In this document: piece after piece, positions 57,972-64,000 of the stretch | Layout of the letters: each line of letters opens with the position of its first letter | Position numbering within the stretch: the stretch's first letter is position 1 | Source: Actinomycetes bacterium | GTDB taxonomy: Bacteria; Actinomycetota; Thermoleophilia; BMS3ABIN01 | NCBI GenBank assembly: GCA_021791195.1 | Contig: JAJYXB010000022.1 | Coordinates: 80,245 to 144,244 of the forward strand | DNA: 64,000 nt | Direction: 5' to 3' | Program-made: the position numbers and the translations under genes | The notes under the pieces: model-generated | Database searches by the model: none | What the model was told of the DNA's origin: nothing | Seen by the model: the letters and a program-made list of their open reading frames with translations, nothing else

Positions 57972-58820
57972 TCAGCTGGCGCCGGTGACGTCGCGCCGCC
58001 TGACGATGGCTGCCGCCACGGCCAAAAATACCACGATCTCGATCGCCAGCACGATGGCTGCCTGGGTGGCGGACACCGTCGAGCCGGAGAACCCTCCCGG
58101 ACCCTCTCCGGTGAAGGTTACGCCCAGCGGCGACAGCAGCGAGTAACTGTTTGTGCGCAAAAAAATCTTGGATAAATAACCCAGAAGCGTGATCTGCCGG
58201 CTAAAGGCGGAGATCACACCCTCCAGCACCAGGCCGTAGATGATGCCAAGGCCGATCGCCAGCGATGTTCCCTTCGACAGCACCGAGATCATGACGCCGA
58301 ATGATGCCCACACGGCGAGGATAAACCAGGAAAAAGCCAGCGCCCTGACCAGCAGCCACAGGTCGGGCGGCTGCGTCGACTGTCCTTCCTTCAGCGCGAT
58401 CAGCATGCTGGCGATGTAGCCGAGCAGATAAACCATGACCACGAATGGCACTATCGCGATTGCCAGCGCCAGGACCTTGGAGAAGAACACCTTCAGGCGG
58501 CTGGCCTTCTGCGTGAACGCCGGCGTCAGCGTTCCCCAGGTGTATTCGCTGCCCATCGCCAGCACCGCCAGGATCAATACGAAGATGCCGCCGAAAGCGG
58601 GGAAGCCGCCCAGCAGGCTGGAAACCAGGTTGTGTGGCAGCATCACGCTCAGCAGCACGCCGCCGGTCCGCGCGCGGAAGCGGATGTCGCCCTTGTAAGC
58701 AAAGTAGGGGAGGACGTAGGCGAATACCACCGTCACCAGCATCCAGAAGCAAAGCAGGATCCAGGTGGCGGCGCGCTTGCGCAAAAGCAGCAGCTGTGCG
58801 GCGAGGGCGTCGAGCATCAC
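57972..58820 (-). CDS. ABC-2 family transporter permease
   Basis: 6-TM protein; start overlaps the stop of the upstream ATPase gene. Confidence 0.7.
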   Translation of the reverse strand: MMLDALAAQLLLLRKRAATWILLCFWMLVTVVFAYVLPYFAYKGDIRFRARTGGVLLSVMLPHNLVSSLLGGFPAFGGIFVLILAVLAMGSEYTWGTLTPAFTQKASRLKVFFSKVLALAIAIVPFVVMVYLLGYIASMLIALKEGQSTQPPDLWLLVRALAFSWFILAVWASFGVMISVLSKGTSLAIGLGIIYGLVLEGVISAFSRQITLLGYLSKIFLRTNSYSLLSPLGVTFTGEGPGGFSGSTVSATQAAIVLAIEIVVFLAVAAAIVRRRDVTGAS

Positions 58821-59749
58821 GCCTCCTCCCCGGTCAGATTCAAAAAGACGTTCTCCAGGGAAAGCTTCACCGGACCCAGTTCGCTGACGGCCACGCCGGC
58901 TTCGACCAGGATCCGGTTGATCTCGGCGGCGCGCGCCGGACTGGCATCGATCACCAGGTAGCCGTTCACGGGTTCCGCGCCGGCTACGCCTTCGATCTTT
59001 TCCAGCACCTCGCGCGCTCTGGCCTCCGGCTCGGCTTTGAGCCGCAGCTGAGCGCCGTGGCGGAGGTCATCAAGCGACCCCTCCGCGATCAGGCTGCCAT
59101 TCTTGACGACCCCCACGCGATCGCAGATCTGCTCCAGCTCGCCCATCAGATGGCTGGAGAGCATCACTGTGCGCTCGCCCCGGCCGAGGCTGCGGATCAG
59201 CCGCCGCATCTCTGCCATGCCGGCCGGGTCCAGCCCGTTGGTCGGTTCGTCCAGGATCAGCAGCTCAGGGTCCTTCAGCAGCGCCGCCGCCATCCCCAGA
59301 CGCTGTTTCATTCCCAGCGAATAGCTCTTGAACTTGTGCCCTGCCCGTTTCAGCAGTTCGACTTCCTCCAGGGCGGGATCGATGCGGGAGTAGGGCGTGT
59401 CTGACAGCCGGGCCAGCACGCGCAGGTTGTCCCGCCCGCTCAGATAGGGATAAAAGGCAGGGGTTTCCACCAGCGTCCCCATGCGGGCCAGGGCGGCCGG
59501 TGTGCCCGGCTTCTCGCCCAGGACCGTGCACTCGCCGGCGGAGGGCCGGACAAGTCCCAGCAGCATCCTGAGCGTCGTCGTCTTGCCTGCCCCGTTGGGG
59601 CCGACAAAGCCGTAAACCTCGCCCCGCCGGATTCTCATCGCGAGGCCGTTGACCGCCAGGATGTCGGGCCGGTAGCGTTTGGTCAGGTTTTTTGTCTCGA
59701 CGATGAAGTTGTCCATCGGCTGTTTCATATCATTAATGTCACCATTCAT
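58817..59749 (-). CDS. ABC transporter ATP-binding protein (ABC-2 type exporter)
   Basis: GPNGAGKTT, LSLGMKQRLGMAAAL, LILDEPT motifs. Confidence 0.85.
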   Translation of the reverse strand: MNGDINDMKQPMDNFIVETKNLTKRYRPDILAVNGLAMRIRRGEVYGFVGPNGAGKTTTLRMLLGLVRPSAGECTVLGEKPGTPAALARMGTLVETPAFYPYLSGRDNLRVLARLSDTPYSRIDPALEEVELLKRAGHKFKSYSLGMKQRLGMAAALLKDPELLILDEPTNGLDPAGMAEMRRLIRSLGRGERTVMLSSHLMGELEQICDRVGVVKNGSLIAEGSLDDLRHGAQLRLKAEPEARAREVLEKIEGVAGAEPVNGYLVIDASPARAAEINRILVEAGVAVSELGPVKLSLENVFLNLTGEEA

Positions 59750-60326
59750 TCGTGGCGCAAACCGCAGTATAAAGAGGGGATGTAAATAAAATGTAAAAGC
59801 GTCGTGCGCGCGTCAATCTTCAAAGAGAAACTTCTGCCATGGTAATTGTCGGCGGTTCTTGTCATCGAAGCCCTTTCCGGGGCGATAAACTGCGATTTGA
59901 AGAAGGGTTTCCCGCCGCCGGTCTTTATAAACCGGATGGCATAAAAAGATAAGTTTTGCAGCAATAATAGCCTTGCATCTCAACCATGAAGATGCTAAAG
60001 TCCTATTTGGCCCGCACGAAAAAAATGACCGCGTCGTCTGAGGCGTCCGGTCTCCTCAGGGCGGGCTTTCCCATGCGGAACAATACAACTTCATAACTGG
60101 CGCATACCTTCGCGCCCACCGTGAGCCTGAAAGACATAAAGGCGCGGCGCAACTTAAAAAAGCAATTCCGGGAAGGACCTTTCAGGAACCTGAAAGACGC
60201 ACAGCTACGCAAGTTAATGCGGGAATATCCCGCGCCTAGCGGATTCCCGCCGGAACAAACTCCATTTGCTTGTTTCCCCTGTATATATCCCTGGGTTAAT
60301 TCTGCCTCGAACAAGGAGCTGATTTT

Positions 60327-61361
60327 GTGAGGAAACTATCAATTATAATCATGCTATCAACAATAATCTCCCTGCTGCTGGCCGGTACGGCCAGGGCGGA
60401 CATCTACGGCGTGGATATCTCCAAGTATCAAGGGACGATCGATTGGGATACGCTCAGGAACCAGACCAGCTTTGTCATGATCAAGGCGGGGGGAAGCGAT
60501 GACGGCATGTACACCGATCCGCAGTTTGCCTCCAACCAGGCCCAGGCGCGCCGGCTCGACATGGTTCGCGGCTATTATTACTATACCGGCGGCACCGATC
60601 CGGTAAAGGAGGCCGAGCATTTTGTCAGCATCGTCGGCCCGCTGCAGCCGGGAGAGGTGCTCGCTCTGGATCTGGAGATCGATCTCCCCGATCCGGTCGC
60701 TTTCGCCCGGGCTTTCATGGTCCGGACCGAGCAGCTGACCGGCGTCAAGCCGCTGCTTTATTCGAACATGAACCGGATCTGGCAGCACGACTGGACGCCG
60801 CTGGTCGCCAACGGCAACAAACTGTGGGGCGCGTACTATGACAGCGACGCCTATAATATGCCCTCACCCGGGAGCTTCCCCGGCGTGACGATCAAGCAGT
60901 ACAGCAGTTCGGCCAGCGTTCCCGGTATTAGCGGGCCGGTCGACGTCAACGTGTTCAAGAGCAATTCGTATGATTTCCCGGCGATGGGCAAACCGGCGCC
61001 ACCAGCGCCATCGCCGCCACCAGCGCCGAAGCCGACGCCTCCGCAGGCTCCGGCGGCTAACCGGTCGCAGCCGGACAGCGCCGGCGGAGCGCCGGCCGCA
61101 CAGCCGGCTTCTCCGGCCCAGGCCGGCCAGGCAGCTAACGGAGGTAGCCCGGCGCCGCCCAAGCAGGCTGAACAGCCGCCGGCCAAACCGGCCGTGTCCA
61201 CCACGGCAGCAGGCGCCACCGTGACCGAGCGGGCGTTTGACTGGCTGGTGAGTCCGCTGGTCGGTTCGCGTAACGACCCGACGACGTCCATCAGGCACGG
61301 GCAGGATTCACAGTCGCCGGTAAATGCGGTCGAACACGCATTCTACTCGCTGCTGGGGTAG
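60327..61361 (+). CDS. secreted GH25 muramidase (lysozyme) with Pro/Ala-rich linker and short C-terminal domain
   Basis: Signal peptide; DIYGVDISKYQGTIDWDTL GH25 motif; PAPSPPPAPKPTPPQAP linker. Confidence 0.8.
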   Translation: MRKLSIIIMLSTIISLLLAGTARADIYGVDISKYQGTIDWDTLRNQTSFVMIKAGGSDDGMYTDPQFASNQAQARRLDMVRGYYYYTGGTDPVKEAEHFVSIVGPLQPGEVLALDLEIDLPDPVAFARAFMVRTEQLTGVKPLLYSNMNRIWQHDWTPLVANGNKLWGAYYDSDAYNMPSPGSFPGVTIKQYSSSASVPGISGPVDVNVFKSNSYDFPAMGKPAPPAPSPPPAPKPTPPQAPAANRSQPDSAGGAPAAQPASPAQAGQAANGGSPAPPKQAEQPPAKPAVSTTAAGATVTERAFDWLVSPLVGSRNDPTTSIRHGQDSQSPVNAVEHAFYSLLG

Positions 61362-61552
61362 CCGGCCGCCGCAGCAGAACGAACAAAAGAACGAACAAAT
61401 AAGCGCCCCTGGCGAGGGGGCGCTTTCGTCTTTCGGAGCCTGTGCGGCTTATAGCCTGCGAACCGCTCGACACAGTGACGGCGCCTGACCAGCCCGGCGT
61501 TTATCCGTGGGCGCTCTCCACTTGGCGCGGAGGACTCCGCGACAGCCGGGTT

Positions 61553-61579
61553 AAAAAAACCGCGCCCCGAGGGGCGCGG
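61553..61579 (-). terminator. Rho-independent terminator (minus strand) after the small His-rich gene
   Basis: CCGCGCCCC-GA-GGGGCGCGG hairpin followed by T7 on the minus strand. Confidence 0.5.
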
Positions 61580-61655
61580 CGATAATGGTTATGGCAGGTG
61601 GTTGGCGCTGAGCACGGCGTCGCGGCCTGCAGTAAATCAGGTCAGCAGACTGAGA

Positions 61656-61859
61656 TCAGTCATTTCCGTGTCCGCGGCCATGATCATGTCCGTACTCATG
61701 GCTCGCCGGTTTGTCCTGCTGGCTGACGCGGCTGTCCGACGATTTTTGCGTCGATGTGTCCGAAGACGACGAACCCCAGTAGTGCGGCACGGCGGCGAAG
61801 GCTATGGAACCGAACAGGGCCACGATCACGATGGCCAGTGCGACGGATTTCTTCTTCAT
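61656..61859 (-). CDS. small secreted His-rich protein
   Basis: MKKKSVALAIVIVALFGSIAFA signal peptide; C-terminal HEYGHDHGRGHGND; SD GAAGGAGGG upstream; the internal start was chosen over the 133-aa ORF of the track. Confidence 0.45.
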   Translation of the reverse strand: MKKKSVALAIVIVALFGSIAFAAVPHYWGSSSSDTSTQKSSDSRVSQQDKPASHEYGHDHGRGHGND

Positions 61860-62035
61860 TCTCTCCCTCCTTCTGAAAGTTTCATGGTTGGCACCTCTAT
61901 ATTCGGATTTTCCGTCGAAAAACCTGAGCGGCGCCAGCGCGCAGTTGTGTGGCCGACGCGGGCGTGAAAGGCTAGGATGGGATGGATCGGGAACCAGTTG
62001 AAGCCGGTTTCCGGAAAAAGGACAGGGGCTGGACC

Positions 62036-62893
62036 ATGGAAGCAATAGCAGAAGCACTGATCAGCGAAGCGGCTGCGAAGCTGAAGACGGTCAGCGAGCG
62101 CTTCGGGCTTGAAGGCGAGGAGCAGAACGAGGCCCGGGAGCTGCTGGCGGAGGCGCTTGGGCGCGAACTTCTGCCGGGTGAAGCTGTGACTGCTGCCGTG
62201 CGCCGCCGCTTCCAGCGTCTGATTGGCCGCCGGATGACCGGGGAGCCGCTTGAGTTCATCACTGGCCGGGTCCGTTTCGCCGGCCGGGAGCTGAAAATCA
62301 GGCCGGGGATGTTCATACCGCGGGTGACCAGCGAGTTTCTTGCCAGCCAGGCGGTGCGGCGGCTGCGGGGCCGGCGCCTTCCCGCGCACGTCGACGTTGC
62401 CACGGGCATCGGACCGGTGGCGCTGACGGTGGCCCTCGGCGTGCCGCATGCCCGCGTATGGGGACTTGATATTTCGCAAAAAGCTGTTAATCAGGCGGCG
62501 GCGAATGCGCGGCGGCTGGGGGCGGAAAACGCCAGCTTCCGGCGTAGCGACCTGTTCGCGCGTCTGCCGGACAAGTTATGGGGACAGGTGGATGTGGTCA
62601 CCATCCATCCGCCTTACGTGCCGAGCGCGATGGTGGCCGACCTGCCGGCGGAGATCAGAAAATTCGAGCCCAGGCACACGCTCACCGATGGCTCCAGGGA
62701 CGGCTTCGGGCTGGTGCGGCGCGTCATCGACGAAGGACGTGGCTGGATCAGGCCGGGAGGATGGCTGCTGATAGAGATCATGCCCAGCGAATCGCGGCGG
62801 ATCCGTTCGCTGCTTAAGGCCGGCGGTTATGGCGATGTCCGCAGCACGCATGGCGAGTACCGCGAAACGCGGGTGGTCACCGGCCGCCGTTAG
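62036..62893 (+). CDS. prmC: release-factor glutamine N5-methyltransferase (HemK/PrmC)
   Basis: SAM motif DVATGIGPVAL and HPPYVP (NPPY-like) motif; alternative start at 61982. Confidence 0.75.
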   Translation: MEAIAEALISEAAAKLKTVSERFGLEGEEQNEARELLAEALGRELLPGEAVTAAVRRRFQRLIGRRMTGEPLEFITGRVRFAGRELKIRPGMFIPRVTSEFLASQAVRRLRGRRLPAHVDVATGIGPVALTVALGVPHARVWGLDISQKAVNQAAANARRLGAENASFRRSDLFARLPDKLWGQVDVVTIHPPYVPSAMVADLPAEIRKFEPRHTLTDGSRDGFGLVRRVIDEGRGWIRPGGWLLIEIMPSESRRIRSLLKAGGYGDVRSTHGEYRETRVVTGRR

Positions 62894-63384
62894 CTGGCTC
62901 CCGCGGCGCCTGGCAGCGCGCTGCATATTATAATCATTACGAGTGTTTTCCATACCTGGCCTTAAACTCCTGACCGGCAAGGACATGAAGAAGATTTTCG
63001 CCAGTCATAAACAAAACGGCTGGAATGTCAATCCTAATCTTTCCAAGCTTGACGTGGATATCAGCCGCGAAGTCAGCGCCGAGGTCATCGGCATCCGGCG
63101 CGAAGCGGCTGCCAGTGTGTTGACAGCAGGGTGGGGAGGAGATCGAAATGATCCTGTTTTCGTCGCTGTTCTTTCTCACCTGGAGCCGGCAGCTGCCGCT
63201 GATGATCGTTGATACCACCAACCTGTTTATGGTCCTGGCGGCCTACTTTCTGAGCGGGAGGCGCGTATTCATCCTCTTCGGTCGGCTTCTTTGTCAAGTC
63301 CATAGGCCGTTGATGCCAGCGCGGCGAGCGGAACAGGCGCCGGCGCCGCGAAGGGCGGCCGCGCTCAGGGCTGCGGATGCCTGG

Positions 63385-64000
63385 CTAAGTCTGAGTCACG
63401 ACCTGGCGGGCAAATCCCCGCCGCAGCAGCTCCAGACCCTTTTCCACGTATATGCAGTAGAGCAGGAAGGCCGGCAGCAATATCAGGGCGATGCCGGCGC
63501 TGAGAAAACTGCCGTCATGGACGATCCCCGCTTGCCCCAGCGCGACGAAAAAAGCGATGTGTAGCAGATAAACCGGCAAAGAGTGATCGCCGACCGTGCT
63601 CACCAGCCGCGGAAATGGCAGGCGCGGGCGTGTTCCCAGGGCAAACAGGCAAACAAGCATCAGGCTAAATAGCAGGAGAGGGCTCAGCAGGCTTCTAACC
63701 TCGAAATGACCGAAGCGCATCGTCAGCGTGATCGCGGTCAGGCCAGCCACGGCCAGCACCAGCGCCGGCCTGCTGTTGAAGCGGTCCCGCTGTTCGGCGA
63801 GCAGCGACGGGATCAGCATTCCCAGGGCAAAGAGGAAGATGTTGCCGCAGAAAAGCCCCGCGGCCAGATTCGGCTGGATGACAAACGCATTGAGGAGCCT
63901 CGCGGCCCCAGCTTGCGGAGCCACCGCGAAAAAAATGAAAGTTGTGACGGAGGACATCATGATCAGCGCCAGGTTGATCCAGAGGAAAAGCCTGATGCCA
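63385..64000 (-). CDS. acyltransferase family 3 membrane protein, C-terminal part (N-terminus beyond the window end)
   Basis: Multi-TM sequence with an acyltransferase-3-like C-terminal region; ORF is open to the window edge. Confidence 0.45.
   Translation of the reverse strand, partial: GIRLFLWINLALIMMSSVTTFIFFAVAPQAGAARLLNAFVIQPNLAAGLFCGNIFLFALGMLIPSLLAEQRDRFNSRPALVLAVAGLTAITLTMRFGHFEVRSLLSPLLLFSLMLVCLFALGTRPRLPFPRLVSTVGDHSLPVYLLHIAFFVALGQAGIVHDGSFLSAGIALILLPAFLLYCIYVEKGLELLRRGFARQVVTQT

Noticed and set aside
60121-60330. 69-aa basic ORF upstream of the GH25 gene
   Set aside because: GTG start without an SD, low-complexity basic sequence in an AT-rich promoter region; probably non-coding.

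Overview
High-GC (~70%) bacterial chromosomal segment. Gene content and synteny look Actinobacteria-like: rpmB/recG-rsmD-coaD-yceD-rpmF, MoxR-DUF58-transglutaminase operon, DUF4190/DUF2752/DUF4234 membrane proteins, and an OtsB1-like HAD-GH65 gene next to a universal stress protein. This is inference from gene content only. Core content: 3' part of dnaE; a MoxR/DUF58/TgpA operon; tldD-pmbA; hup; rpe; an FMN riboswitch with terminator-type expression platform driving ribD-ribE-ribBA-ribH; rpmB (TTG start); recG; rsmD; coaD; yceD; rpmF (59 aa, absent from the ORF track); pfkA; a DHH-DHHA1-CBS-CBS-CCA/polyA-polymerase fusion; an M50 protease; an OtsB1-like HAD+GH65 protein with USP; corA; trpF-trpB-trpA; a gnd-zwf-HAD-pgl oxidative pentose phosphate block in a lower-GC (~58-62%) stretch; a MacAB-like tripartite efflux operon; an ABC-2 exporter; a GH25 muramidase; prmC. 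Most notable observations: (1) a probable selenoprotein, a YuzD/DUF1462-like thioredoxin-fold protein with an in-frame UGA in a C-x3-U motif and a SECIS-like hairpin 10 nt downstream; it is invisible in the ORF track because the ORF appears to begin at an internal ATG. It sits in a minus-strand cluster with a PP-loop thiolation-type ATPase and a DUF523 (TudS-like Fe-S desulfidase). (2) A locally concentrated family of repeats sharing the core TT(A/G)GGAAAG(G/C)AACGTCCCC, seen as a perfect 21-bp inverted repeat closing the 130-nt leader of the CBS/CCA gene, as a 2x direct plus 2x inverted array (with GTCCC-N6-GGGAC palindromes) upstream of the OtsB1-like/USP operon, and as single copies upstream of corA and pfkA. 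The linked gene set (pfk, CBS protein, OtsB1, USP) parallels the mycobacterial DosR dormancy regulon. (3) A run of five consecutive small membrane DUF proteins with tandem and internal duplications and B-box-like zinc ribbons. Many long antisense shadow ORFs, typical of high-GC DNA, were discarded.
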